A stretch of DNA of 64,000 nucleotides from the human T2T-CHM13v2.0 reference genome, Homo sapiens. This document shows, piece by piece, positions 1 through 14,922 of the stretch. Position numbers and translations under genes: made by a program. Every line of letters starts with the position of its first letter. The stretch's first letter is position 1. The notes under the pieces are model-generated. The model did no database searches. It was not told the origin of the DNA and was given only the letters and a program-made list of their open reading frames with translations. Location: assembly GCF_009914755.1 (NCBI RefSeq), contig NC_060938.1; one strand, given 5' to 3'.

Positions 1-1500
1 TCTGTTGGAGCCCCACTGAAAACTGGGTTTGGGGTGTCGGAGCCCGTGGTGCAGAGTCGCCGGCCGTGTCGGAGGGCCCCAGCACCGCTGCTCCACTGCG
101 GCCCCGGCCTGGTGTAGGATCCGCACTCCTCGAGCCCGATGCTGTTCCGGCTCCGGCCCCATCCCTGGTGTCCAAAGTTGTCTGATTCCCAAATCCCGCG
201 ATGGTCAACTGGGGTTTATTTTTCACCCCCACGAGCTCAGACAACCCGGCCATCGCGGCAGCTAAAGCGGCCGCCATCCTCTCCCACGTAAGCGCCACTA
301 TATACTGGAGCCCGGGGACGCGCGGGCTCGGGGACCCTGGGTGACCTCTCCGCCTTCTCCCCGCGCTGCTTTCCGGGAGGTGTGTCGCGGCCCGCTCGAA
401 CCTCCGATTCCTGTTTGAGCTTGGCAATTCCCCCGATTTTTCGTTGCGTTTTACTTTGTTTTACGTGGAAAGGCAACGAAAACCAGCGCGTCGCAGGCTC
501 TCGGGCCTCGAGTAGGGACGCATTGTGCCGCCTTGCGAAAAGGACGGTGCTCGGCAGCCCCCAGTCTTCCCGGAGCCCAGCTCCCCACGCCTCCGCTCCG
601 CTCCTCGCTCCTCGAGGCCAACTTTCCGGCCCGGGGCACTGGGGCTGGCCGCGCAGGGCAGGGCGCAGCAGGGTCGCGAGCGCTGCCGGGGATCTCTGCG
701 GCCCCCTAAGGCTGCCTCGCTCTCCGTCGTCCCGGTCCCAAGCGCGCCGGGGCCTTTGCCTCTCTTACAACGAAATCTGTTCAAAACCTCCGGATTCGGG
801 CCCCGGCGCGGGAGAGGTCAGCCTGAGCTCAGGGATGGGACGGCCACCGGGGCGCCCGCAGGCTTCCTGGGGAGACAGAGCAGGTCCCCGCCGCTCGCGG
901 AGGCAGCCCGGGGTGGGGCCCTCGCGGGTTTCGGGCACAGCGGAGCGCGTCCCCCACTCTGCCGCATGTCCCTACGCCCGCTTTTCAGATTCTGAAGATG
1001 TTTCCTCCAGCGATCGAAAAATGTCCAAATCTGCTTTAAACCAGACCAAGAAACGGAAGAAGCGGCGACACAGGTGAGGCCCCCGCTTTCTGTTACCTCT
1101 CCTGCCCGCGCACCCCGCTGCCGTCCCCCGTTCCGGGATCGGGTCTCTCGGACCCTATTTTCGCCGACAACGGATCTGAGGTCCGAGGCCGTGCCAGGGC
1201 GCAGACCACGGGTTGTTTGGCGGAATCTGCCCGGGGGCCTTGGCGTCCGCACCGGTTGAGCAGGATGAGTGGCCGCCGGGAAAGCGGCTCGGTTCGGGCT
1301 TTCTCCTCCTTGTTCAGGAGAAAGGAAAGGCTCCAACACAGGCCAAACTGAGCCACAGAGTGGGGGCGGTCCCCAGATCCCCGCACCAGTACATTCTGAG
1401 AGCCACACAGACCCCGCGGCGGGCAGATTAGCTCCCACCTCCTGCCAGAGCCGGTTCTTTGCCCTCGGCCTCAACCGCCGCCCCCATTTCTCTCCCGGGG
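1..1500. promoter_or_regulatory. VSX2: CpG island over VSX2 intron 1 / exon 2
   Basis: Very GC-rich with abundant CpG; edges approximate. Confidence 0.8.
989..1073 (+). CDS. VSX2: VSX2 coding exon 2 (85 nt; ..SEDVSSSDRKMSKSALNQTKKRKKRRHR, basic NLS / homeodomain N-arm)
   Basis: ttttcag|AT acceptor, CAG|gtgagg donor; phase joins exon 3 in frame. Confidence 0.96.
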
Positions 1501-1599
1501 TCCCTGTCCTCTCTGCCAACTCCCTAAGCTTTCTGCTCCCACCGTTCTCCAAAGCTGGAGCGATCTCTGCACTGACAGAGCATTTTCTTTTGGCTTCTG

Positions 1600-1675
1600 C
1601 TCATTCGTGATTCTGACCGAGTCGCTTCCCTTCTGTGAGCCTCAGTTTCCTCGTCTGCAAAATGGAGTGGTAGGC
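1600..1675. mobile_element. MIR fragment
   Basis: MIR core ctgtgagcctcagtttcctcgtctgcaaaatgg. Confidence 0.7.
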
Positions 1676-1748
1676 GATGTAGACTGGACGGTCCCACCAG
1701 CCGTAGCTGGAGTAGGGTGGACTGCATCGGGGTACAGACTAGAAAGGG

Positions 1749-1773
1749 TTTTGTTTTGTTTTGTTTTGTTTTT
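1749..1773. repeat. (TTTTG)n short tandem repeat
   Basis: Direct reading. Confidence 0.8.
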
Positions 1774-3849
1774 GTCTTTAAATGGAAATTACTTGCACAA
1801 AGTTAAAACTCAGTAGATGCCGACAGGTATATCTTGAAAAGTAACCTACCCTTCTCCCACCCCCGCCCTCATTCCCTTCCGCACCAGCCGCACTGCTACC
1901 AGTTCCTTGGGTACATTTGTAAGGTGGTTTTCAAGGAAATAAAGGAGAAAGAACCAAAAATCTGCCTGCCTGTCTGCGGGTGCTGCTCGCAGGTGCTGCC
2001 CCGGCGCTCACCTCGGAGCTATTTCCCCGCACCCCACTCCGTCCCCATCAGGTGGGGCCGCCACAGACTCTGCGCCCTTTCAAGACATTTCTCCACTAGG
2101 GCGTTCTCTGGCACCCCCGCCGCCACATCGTTTTCTCCCACCCTAATTTGTTTTCAGCCTCTTTGCACCCTCTCTGCGCTTTTCTATGCTTCGTTCTTCC
2201 TTGGCCCTGGGAAACTCCACTGTTGACCGCCACCTTTTAAAACGGCCTATCCTCACCCCTTAGGCCCTAATAGGTTTTGGCTTGAATGCAGGTGAACTTC
2301 GACTTGGTTTCTCCGGATCTCGGTCTATTCTTTTTCCGGCAGCTGTTTGCATTTGTTTAGTTTGTATTGTTTTATTTTAAAAGGAAAAAGAAAAATTTTT
2401 TTGGTCTTGATCTTTGGTCTTTTTTTTTTTTTTTTTACATTCAATTCATTCAACGAATATTCATTAAAACACTTTTTATGCACCCATCTTACGCGGGTCC
2501 CAGGGTGGGTAATCTTGTCATCTTCCCCAGGCAGGGACAGGGACCTTGCAGGGAGGGCAGGTCAGAGACCGGCAAAACTGCCCTTGTGCTGGTGCCAGGA
2601 GGGGTGGGAGGGGTTCCCACAGCATGGAGAGCCCTGGAAAAAGCATCCCCAAACCCTGGGTACAGGAATGGCATTTCCGCATCAGGACATCTCACTGCAT
2701 GGCACTTAGTGACCGTCTGTTTTCATCTGTCACTCTCTTCGCCAGGAACACCTTTGGGGGTTTTGGTGGGTTTTCATGGGGGCAGAACAGCAACTCACCA
2801 ACACTCGGGTATTAACTGCCTGGGGTTTCTATTTCTGTTGCATGAAGGGAGAAGGTTATTGGAGAGAGGAGAATGGCTACGGATTTCAAGTGCTTGTTTT
2901 AATTAGGAAAAAATACATTTTACTCGAGCTTCTGTCATTTGGGGATTTGGGGTAAGAGACCCTGGAATCTGGTGATGAGAGATGGGCTTATTTTTATCTC
3001 CCAGAAACAAACCAGACTTAAAAGCGTTTGGGGGGTGGCGTGGGGACAAAGCAGCCACGGTGAGAGTCTCTCTGATTTTGCTCTTTCTCTCTACTGGGAA
3101 AGCTCAGCTCCTCTTCAGACTGGACACAACAGGAGCCTGAAGGGTCTGGGGTTCTGCATAAACCAGGAACACAGGCTGGGTCACATTATGGGGGAAGTGT
3201 GTCAGCTCTGAGGCATGAATTAGGGAAAGTTTGGGAGATTTGAGTTTTTGTTTTGTTTTTTGAAGAGGGGCTCTCCGAAGTAGGGACTGAGACTTGAATG
3301 GTTCTACATGACCTATAATCGGCTCTCCTCTTTGACTGCCTTTGTGCCTCAGTTTCCCTGGTTTTGGAAAGGACTTGAATTTCTTTATTGTTTATTTTGA
3401 TGCTCTGTCCATGGGCCCTTCAGCAGATGGCAGAAGCGAAAAAGCAGCAGATCTTCAAAATTCTCAAGAATTAACTTTGTGTGTGCATAAGCATTTCACA
3501 TCATCACCCCCCACCCCCAGAGAATAGGAGAAACGATTTAGAATCAAACCAGTCATTTTCTGCAAAGAGCACAATCTTTCTTCCCTGAATTATCCCCCGA
3601 GATATTAAAGTGGACACCAGCACAAGGATTGTGTGAGGTTCAAATCTGTACTTTTGGGTTGTGTTAGACGAGGGTGAGGGCCCAGCAATAAGGGATTCTA
3701 CACCCCTGTGCTGGCGCCAGAGTCTGATCCCAGGGGACCAGGCAAGGGCTGGACCATTTCTACCAGTTCAGTTTGTGGACGCTGGACTATATTGCCTGTT
3801 GGCTTGTTAATGAGGTTTCAGGATAAAGATCACCCAAAACCTGGTGAAA

Positions 3850-4045
3850 TTAAGGTTTGAAAAGAGAAGAGTTTGTGTCTGGAAGTAGGTGTTTAGCGGT
3901 TTATTCAAGAAAGAGGACCTATGAATCCCCTAATGTTGGAGGCAAAATTTTACAAATTGGGGCATATTTATTTGCCCATTTTCCTAAGGTGAGAGAATGT
4001 AGTTTTTACCAGATTCTTAAAGCAGTTTATAACACAAAATAGATC
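3850..4045. mobile_element. Old DNA-transposon (MER/Charlie-like) fragment
   Basis: cattttcctaaggtgagagaatgtagtttttaccagattcttaaag resembles hAT MER ends; family uncertain. Confidence 0.35.
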
Positions 4046-4663
4046 CATATGAACTGCTCTGTTGGGGGTGGGGAACTGTGCCTGTGGGCTCTCAGGGTGG
4101 CCCGAATGGAACCCCCTGCAGGTGAGTGGCTGAGCTTGCAAGTATGGGATGGTTGGAAGGTGGCCCTTCCCTTCTCAGCACAGAAGAGGACTGGAAAAGG
4201 CTCGGGGCAGTGCTGGGAGGCTGGTAGGTCTGGGTGATGTCGAGGAAGGGCAGGGGAGGAGGAAGGGGTGCTGGGGGGAGTTGAGGGAGTGGGAGATTCA
4301 GTTCTCTGCTGTATAAACACTGAGGTTGAGGCTGCATTTGACCTTCCGATGAATCTTCTAACTTTGAAAGGCATTCAAAAATTCAGCTCTAGTGACTGTG
4401 AGAGGGGCCCAGGAAGCTGGTCTGGGTGGAGCTGGGCTATTTAGTAATCTGGTAAGCCCCTCTTCTCTGTGCTTGGGAGGAAGAGGGGCTTTCTGCTTTT
4501 CTAGAATGTCCTTCTTCTGGGACAGCCTTTCCCCCAGAGCACCTCCAGAAAGATTCCCAGTGTGAAATGTCACTGAGGGCTGAAATAATGGCCACCCCCC
4601 AAACACAGGAAGGGTAGTGTGAGCCCTCAGCCTTGAGGAAGAAGAGTCCGGAGGGTTAAACTA

Positions 4664-4682
4664 TGAGACAGAGAGAGAGAGA

Positions 4683-4736
<54 letters not shown>

Positions 4737-4750
4737 AAGAGAGAGAGAAA

Positions 4751-4784
<34 letters not shown>

Positions 4785-4796
4785 AAGAGAGAGAGA

Positions 4797-4868
<72 letters not shown>
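4664..4868. repeat. Compound (GA)n/(GT)n microsatellite with three GT blocks
   Basis: Direct reading. Confidence 0.97.
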
Positions 4869-4980
4869 ATTTGTGTCCTATTGTGCTGAGCCAGCCTGGG
4901 TTCGGGGCCTGCCCAGGAGACACAGAGGAAGGCGGTTCTGTCTTGTCTGAGACAGGCTCTTTTAGTTTCTGGGGTCCTGA

Positions 4981-5172
<192 letters not shown>

Positions 5173-7149
5173 TGACATCTACCACTCCAGGGTTCCAGAT
5201 GCCCATGACCCCGCCTCCCAGCCCCACTGTGGGCATGTGCTTGCCTATGATCATGTTCTCAGCCTATTTAAGCTGAACACCTGCCACATGAGGTGGGTGC
5301 TGTCGGGGGATGAGAAGCACCCAGTTGTGACCTGGCTGTTGTTCCAGACTATAGGCTTCCCGGGGAGTATGTCAGACAGACCCTGCGGGGGTCTGGGGAT
5401 GAAAGGTGGAGTACTGGAGGGGCCCCCGGTCCTGGGCAGGGTCTCTGTTGAGGCGGAGGTCCCTTTGGTACAGCTAAATGTCTGTTCCAAGGCCAGAGGG
5501 TGCCCCAGGCCTCTGGGTAGCTGTGAAGAGGAAGGTGGCTTCTAGTCCTGACCCCAGTCTGTTTCCCTCCCCTCTCCTCCCCTCCCCATGATGAAAGTGT
5601 TACCCCTTCTCTTCCTGCTTCCCACCACTCCATCCACCTAAGGCTCCTTCCTCCCACACACAGCCCAGCAACTGCTGCCCTGACCTGCTGCTCCTTTTCT
5701 TCTCCCAGGTTTGGCCTAGGATGTGAGCTGGGGCATGGCCCTGCAGGTGGCTCACTAAGCCCTCCTCCTCTCCTGGGCAGTTTTGTGGCATAACTAGCCA
5801 CTGATCTGGGCATGTGGTAGGCATGGGGCCTTCACTTAGCGGCAGCAGGACCTTGGCAAGTCCAGAGTCCCCTACTTGGGCAGGAGTAGGGCTGTGGAAT
5901 CATTTCTCTGGGGGAGGATGGAGTCTGGGCAGGGCCTCCATGAGGCAGAAGGAGTGGGGTGGGAGGAACATTTCCAGAAGATTTGGGGTTGTCTTAGCTG
6001 GTGCTCAACCTTCAATGAAAGCTGCTCCCATCGCCTGAGCGGTCCAGAGCTAGTTCATTGCGGAGGCTGGGGTGTGTGGGCCAGGGGCTGGTCCTGACTT
6101 CCTGGAACTGCTCTGCTCTGCGTCTCCTCCCCAGTCTAGGTTCCTTGTATCTCCAGGTGTGATGTGTGCCTGGGAGGCCGGGGGAGCCAAGTAAGGTGTG
6201 TGGGTTGCTCTGTACTCTCTCACTGGAGGACCAGAGAATGTGAAATGAGGCTGTGAGGCCTTCCTCTCCCCTGGAAATCTATTTGGAATTTCAGCCGATG
6301 GTTTTAGACATTGACACTAACAATAAGCTCAATTATTCATAAGCAGATTATGTTTGGTGCATTATCCATGGGGGCCTGGACCCATTACCCTCCACCCAAT
6401 TGGGTTCTAGTGAGGTAAGCTGGGCGTTGATGTTGAATTGTGTGTGTGCACGTGTGTGCGTGTGTGTAAGCCAAGCCTTAAACTGCACGGCAGTAACCCC
6501 TGCCTGGCCTTCATTAGCATAAAGTTGGCCATTCCAGGTGGCTGCGGCAGGGAGGAGCAATGACAAATCCCCGCTGTTGGCAGGCCCCACATTTGCGGTA
6601 TTGACCAGAATGAAGGAATAGCTTGTCTCTTGCAGTGGGTTGTCCTGAAATCTGCTTGGTAGATTAGGTAGGGGAGGGTGGATGAGGTGTTTGAAACCTG
6701 CTGAGCTCAGGATTTGGGGGCAGGCTCTCCCTCAGCTGTAACTGCATTGCTACGAATGCCCCAACAGGCACATTTAACTTAACAGGGCTTTGTTAAGTTG
6801 CTTGGGGGTTGCCTATACGGTGGTATCTGAGGGCACCAGAACCAGCAGGAAGGAGCTTGGGGTGTGGGATGAGGAGAGCTCATCGCCCTGGGACTGTGAG
6901 GATTGGCTCTGCAATTTGTGGATATCGGAGAAATGAGGGAAGAGTCTCAGAGCCTTTGAGCACCACATGCCTGAATGCTACCCCCAGAAGCTGTCTGTGA
7001 GTTGTCAAGTCCTCTTGCCCCAGTTCAGTAAAGTGGCCTGGGAAAGATCTTGGTGTGCATCAATAGCAGTCACAGCGATCGTTTCCAGAGGAGTTTCCAT
7101 GTGCCAGGTGTTCTCCTGAGTTCACGATGTACACAGGACAGGCAGGGTG

Positions 7150-7500
7150 GTACCATGGTTAGGGTCACTGACTCTGGGGCCAGACTGGCTGGGCTCCTGG
7201 CCGGGCTTCACATGCCAGAGCCTCTCAGTCTTCATCTGTACAATGGGGGTGACAGTGGCACCTGCCTCTTGTGTGGAGGTAATGAGCCATATGTGTGCAG
7301 CATTCAGGGCAGTGCCTGGCACGTGCCCCCAGCTCACTCGGTGTCAGATCTGATCTTATTAAGTCCTGGTGACAATCAGGGGCTGAAGACCATGAATTTC
7401 CTTTGAGAACTGAGGCAGCTGAGGCACAGCCTCTTGCCCAGGCCCCACAGCTAGTAAGTGGGAGACACAAGACTCAAACCTAACTCTGAATCGAAAGCCC
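7150..7500. mobile_element. MIR fragments
   Basis: ctcagtcttcatctgtacaatggg...cagtgcctggcac; aactgaggca. Confidence 0.65.
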
Positions 7501-8084
7501 ACAGTGGCACTGCCCACCTCTTCTGTTTGAAGTCTTTGCTTTGACTTGAAGCTGGGGGAGCATAGGTGATTTGAAGTCAGGCGGGGGACCTGTATCACAG
7601 TAAAGTTAATCAATGTTTATTGAGTACCAGGCACTGTTTAAAAAAAAAAAAACAGCCCAAAACTCACTTATATAACAAAATTATTTTTGAATGGGCAAAT
7701 TCTGTACATGAATTCAAGAGGGTGAAAAGCAAGTCCTCGCCCTCCCTCGACCAGCAGCCCACCTGTGTCTTTCATTTCCTCACAGAGCTAGTTCATGTAT
7801 ATTCAGCAGAGTCCTCAGAACACCCATGAGCTAGGGGCTATTACTCTCATTTGACAGATGGGGAACCTGAGGCACAGACAGAGGCCAGAGTTGAGTCTCT
7901 TTAGACTCCAAAACCCTTGCTTTTCTACCTTGACTTCCCTCCCCATCATTTCCCCTCCACGTGTTGGCCGCCACTCCTGAGCCAGCCCCCTCCCAGCCTA
8001 GCTTTGGGTCAGAGGACTCTGCAGGTGAGACGAGCAGGAAAGGGGAAGTTATTACTGGCTCCAAGTCTGGAGTTAGAAATTCTC

Positions 8085-8240
8085 GGCCACGCAGTGGCTC
8101 AGGCCTGTAATCCTAGCACTTTGGGAATCTGAGGTGGGAGGATTGCTTGAGCCCAGCAGTTTGAGACCAGGCTAAAAAAAAAAAAAAAAAAAAAAAAACA
8201 AAACAAAAACGAGACCCTGTCTTGGAAGAAAAGAAAAGAA
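8085..8240 (+). mobile_element. Alu left monomer (FLAM-like) with internal A tract
   Basis: Alu left-arm sequence. Confidence 0.8.
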
Positions 8241-8246
8241 ATTCCT

Positions 8247-8559
8247 GGCCAGGTGCAGGGGCTCATGCCGGTAATCTCAGCCCTTTGGGAGGCTGAGGTG
8301 GAAGAATTCCTTGAGTCCAGGAGTTTGAGCCCAGCCTGGACAACATAGTGAAATCCCCATCTCTACAAAAAAAAATTTAAAAATTAGCTGAGCATGGTGA
8401 TGTAAGCCTGTGGTCCCAGCTACTCAAGAAGCTGAGATGGGAGGACCACTTGAGCCCAAGAGGTAGAGGCTACAGTGAGCTGTAATCGCACCACTGCACT
8501 CTAGCCTGGGTGACAGAGTGAGACTCTGTCTCAAAAACAAACGAACAAAAAAAAAAAAA
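8247..8559 (+). mobile_element. AluJ-like
   Basis: Dimeric Alu with A tail. Confidence 0.92.
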
Positions 8560-9086
8560 CAGAGAGAAATTATCAAGTTGGAATGGAAAGGTTATTGAAC
8601 TGGAGATCAGGAACCCGGATTTTAGCTCCAACTGACATCTGGTGTGGCAGAGGCTAGGCCACTTCCCATCTGTGAGCCTCAGTTTCCCCATCTGTAGAAG
8701 AAAGAGGTGAGATCCCTTCCAGGGAGGTGCCTCCTGAGTATTCCCCCACCACAAGCCCCTGGGCTGCCATTGGTAGAATGGGGGTGCAGGGCAGGTTAAG
8801 TTTAACAGGCCCAGATGGACCGCTGGAGCATACACCCCTGCTGGGCCAAGCCAAGAAACCCCTGCATGTCTGAAGTCTACTGTCTGATGTCTGATGAGAA
8901 CCTGCGATGTAGACGCGGAAAGGCAGACACACCTACTTCCAGTCTTTGTTTCACTGCCAGCAAGCCAAACCCTGAGTCTGAAATTACTCATTTGTAAGAT
9001 AATAATATTTTTTCATAATGCTAACTTAATAAAAATAGTGTTGTTACTGGCATTTATTAAGTACTCACCATTGTCCCAGATATTAA

Positions 9087-9449
<363 letters not shown>

Positions 9450-9816
9450 TAGCTGTCATTCCTACACCCATTTTCTAGATGAAGAAACTGAGGGGCTGAG
9501 AGGTAAAGTAAGACTGGGATTCAAACCCAGTACTCAGCTACCGTGACATGAGATCCTATGAGATAGACATGAATGCCTCTCTATACAAACTGTAATAATG
9601 CAAAGAACAGTGATGACAAACCAGTCCCAGCAGAAAGGCATGGTGATTTCCTCTGCCTTTGTGTTTGGAGAGTAAACACGTCCTCACTCCACATCGCTCT
9701 GGGCTGGAGGTGGAGGATTATGGTGCAGTGTTGGGGAAAGAAAAGCTTCTATGTCTCCACATCAGACTCAGGCACACCGTCTTCTTTGTGTCTTAAATAA
9801 ATAAATAAATAAAATG

Positions 9817-10092
9817 CTGGTGCCTGTGATCCCAGCATTTTGGGAGCCTAAGGTCGGAGGGTCACTTGAGGCCAGGAGTTTGAGACCAGCCTGGGAAACA
9901 TGGCAAAACCTCATCTCCACAAAAAATACAAGAATTAACAGGTGTGGTGACACATGCTGGTCCCAGCTACTTGGGAGGCTGAGGTGGGAGGATTACTTGA
10001 GTCCAGGAGGTCAAGGCTGCAGTGAGCTGTGATCGTGCTACTGCACCTCAGCCTGGGTGACACAGCAGAATCCTGTTTCAAAAAAAAAAAAT
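9817..10092 (+). mobile_element. AluJ-like
   Basis: Dimeric Alu with degraded 5' end. Confidence 0.9.
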
Positions 10093-10547
10093 TTTTTTTT
10101 TAAATGCTAGGATATGGCATTCTGGAAGTCCCTGCCAGCTATCAGCCCTGGGGAAGAGAAGGTGGGTTTCCAGACTGACTTAATTTCCTCTGAGGGGTCA
10201 CTTGTTACTAGAATTGTGAGGGCAGGCTACATATATATTCATGTGTTTATTTTTTTTTCTAAGATGTGCTTGTTATAAAATGCAAACATTACAGAACTAT
10301 GAATGTTCGAAGTAAACAGAGACTACATTTCACCCCTCTTAGAAGTCTCGTGTATGTTGAAGGCTGAGGTTTAGATTCTCTGCCGAGCACTGTGTGACTT
10401 TGCCTCTTCTAAAGTGGCCCCTGCCTAAGGGTAGGGAACAAGGTATTAGTGGGTCATATTCCAGAATTAAGAAGATGGGTGCTTGAGTAGGGAAGGGTTT
10501 GTACAGATCTCATCTCAGGATGGTTATTAGAATCACCAGGGCAGATG

Positions 10548-10785
10548 TTTTTTTTCTCGGCTCATTGCAACCTCCGCCTTCTGGGTTCAAGCAATTCTCC
10601 TGCCTCAGCCTCCAGAGTAGCTGGGACTACAGGTGCGCACCAACACGACTGGCTAATTTTTGTATTTTTAGTAGAGACAGGGTTTCACCGTGTTAGCCAG
10701 GATAGTCTCGATCTCTTGACCTCGTGATCTGCCCGCCTCGGCCTCCCAAAATGCTGAGATTACAGGCGTGAGCCACCGCGCCAAA
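10548..10785 (-). mobile_element. AluS-like, partial
   Basis: Alu flanked by ccagggcagat direct repeat. Confidence 0.9.
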
Positions 10786-10873
10786 CCCCAGGGCAGATTT
10801 TTAAAATGCCCATGCGCTCCCCCGGCCAACACCCAGAAATTCCGATTTAATTGGTTTAAAATCAAACATCTTC

Positions 10874-11330
<457 letters not shown>

Positions 11331-11547
11331 TCACGTTGGCATTTGTATGCTTTTAAATCTCTCTAGGTGATTCTGTGTGCAGTGAATGTAAACACACTGG
11401 GTTGGAGGCTCAGGAGACGGTTGTTTCTGTTCTGAGTGGGTTAATATGAGTGGAAGAAAGTGGCGTTTTGGGTGGCAGGGGTTTGGGGTGAGGAAGGAAA
11501 TGGAATGTCAGTGCTCAGGCAAGAGGCTGTCTGGAAATGTGGTCGGA

Positions 11548-11562
11548 GCTGCCCCCTAGTGG
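11548..11562 (-). promoter_or_regulatory. CTCF core motif CCACTAGGGGGCAGC
   Basis: Near-perfect match to the CTCF consensus. Confidence 0.65.
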
Positions 11563-12221
11563 GTAACAGAGGCTGCAGCAAGACTCCACTTGTCTGAGCC
11601 TTAGGCTGGGCTGCACAGAGCGCGCTGCAATAAACCGCGGGCGAAGTGCTGAGTGGGTGCAGTGTGAAGCCCTTAAGTCACGCCAGCGATGAGCCCAAAT
11701 TCATCAGCTTCCAGCCAGAGGGGAAGAAAGAGACTGGGGGAAAGTGATGGACGCTCACCTGATGGCATGTGGCAAGATGGCAGGGCAGGGCCTGAGGTAG
11801 CGAGGAGACCAGAATGTGCAAAGGGCATCTGTCATGCACAATGTCTCCTTCAGGAGGTATTTAGGAGGGCGATCCTGGAAGGACTGCAGAGGGTCTCCTG
11901 GGAGATGATTGAGGGATGGAACCCTGGGCATGTTGTCTGGTGGCGATGCCAGGGCGGGAGCTTGCAGGACAGCAGCTATGTGATGATGCAGAGACAAGAG
12001 GAGGTGTGAGGCATGGCCTCGGCTGTTCCTGCTGATTGCCCACGTCGAGAAAGAGCTGACAGGGTTTCCTGGCCTGCTAGCTGTGCCTTTGCATCCACTT
12101 GGCAAGAAGTCCTTCCCTGGGCCCAGTCTTTCCTTCGAGGCACAGGCACATTCTGTGCCTGCTGTGGAGGCACCTGCCAGACAACTGTGGACAGCCACAG
12201 TCTTTCCACACAACCTGGGCT

Positions 12222-12506
12222 TTCTTTTTTTTCTTTTTTTTTTTTTTGAGATGCAGTCTCCCTCTGTTGCCCAGGCTGGAGTGCAGGGGCACGATCTCGG
12301 CTCACTGCAACCTCTGCCTCCCGAGTTCAAGCGATTCTAGCTGGGACTACAGGCTTGCACCACGACGCTCACCTAATTTTTGTATTTTTAGTAGAGACGG
12401 GGTTCCACCATGTTGGCCAGGGTGGTCTCGATATCTTGGCCTTGTGATCCACCCGACTCGGCCTCCAAAAGTGCTAGGATTACAGGCATGAGCCACTGCG
12501 CTTGGC
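12222..12506 (-). mobile_element. AluS-like
   Basis: TSD caacctgggctttct. Confidence 0.92.
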
Positions 12507-12585
12507 CAACCTGGGCTTTCTGATTGCTGCTGGGGTATCACTGCTGATACCTCTGAGGAGAAATGTATCAAGAAACCCAGGCTTG

Positions 12586-12906
<321 letters not shown>

Positions 12907-13386
12907 TCATTCCCAAACTGGAAGGCCCTCCCAACTCACTTTGTCCTGGAACTCCAAATCTGGTGGCCCTGGGTGTCACTTTGGGCCCCTTTTCAGGCAC
13001 CTGGCACCCTGACTGAAGTATAAGGCAGGGCTCTAGTCCTCGCTGGCACCTTGACGCAGGGTCTTCTGAAGAGCTTGGGACCAGACTCCCATGTGAGAGG
13101 AGCAGTCTCTTCTAGAAAGTGAGCGGTCAGGAAAGTGAGTGAGAGAGGGATCAAAGGAATATTGTGGGTTTGTCAGAACCAACAGTCCACCTAGAAAAAG
13201 GAGCCTAAATGCTGAGAAGACATATCAAAGGTGGGAGATAAAATGATAGGGTTTTACGTGAAAGGTATCCTAGAACATTTGCTAGAAAGCAAAGCTTGTT
13301 GCACATCTGTCCACAGAATTCATCAAGCATCAGGCCAGTGTGTTTCAGTTATCACTATGTGGCAGGCATTTCCCACACGCTGTTTA

Positions 13387-13865
<479 letters not shown>

Positions 13866-13947
13866 TCACAGGGAGTATGGGCACTGTGTGGGTGTTCCCC
13901 TGTACTGGAGCCTTAAGGGCTTGGGATGTATTAGAAATGTGGGGAGA

Positions 13948-14265
<318 letters not shown>

Positions 14266-14517
14266 AAATGTGGGGAGAGTTTCAGGAACACCTGTTTAGC
14301 TCTCCAAATGCCTAAGGGGGAAGTAGAGGCTATCTGTATTGAATATACAGCCAAAGGCTGGATCTTTCTTCCCCTCCTCCTGGACTGTTGTTATTATTAT
14401 TTGTAAGTCCAGCCTTGAAGGGCATGTGAAGGAGGCCAGAGGGCCAGGCAATGCCATTGATTAACTTGCCTTCCGGGCAGGCTCCCATTTATTTTCAGTG
14501 TCTCTACCGAAAACTAA

Positions 14518-14922
<405 letters not shown>

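Noticed and set aside
268-305. YY1-like CCGCCATCCT and TATATA in VSX2 intron 1
   Set aside because: Imperfect short matches with no supporting promoter structure.
382-1552. Long ORFs of 231, 156 and 244 aa in the first CpG island
   Set aside because: Stop-poor GC-rich DNA; only the last ~28 codons of the 231-aa ORF are real (VSX2 exon 2).
4627-4950. His/Thr- and Cys/Val/Glu/Arg-repeat ORFs
   Set aside because: Translations of the dinucleotide microsatellite.
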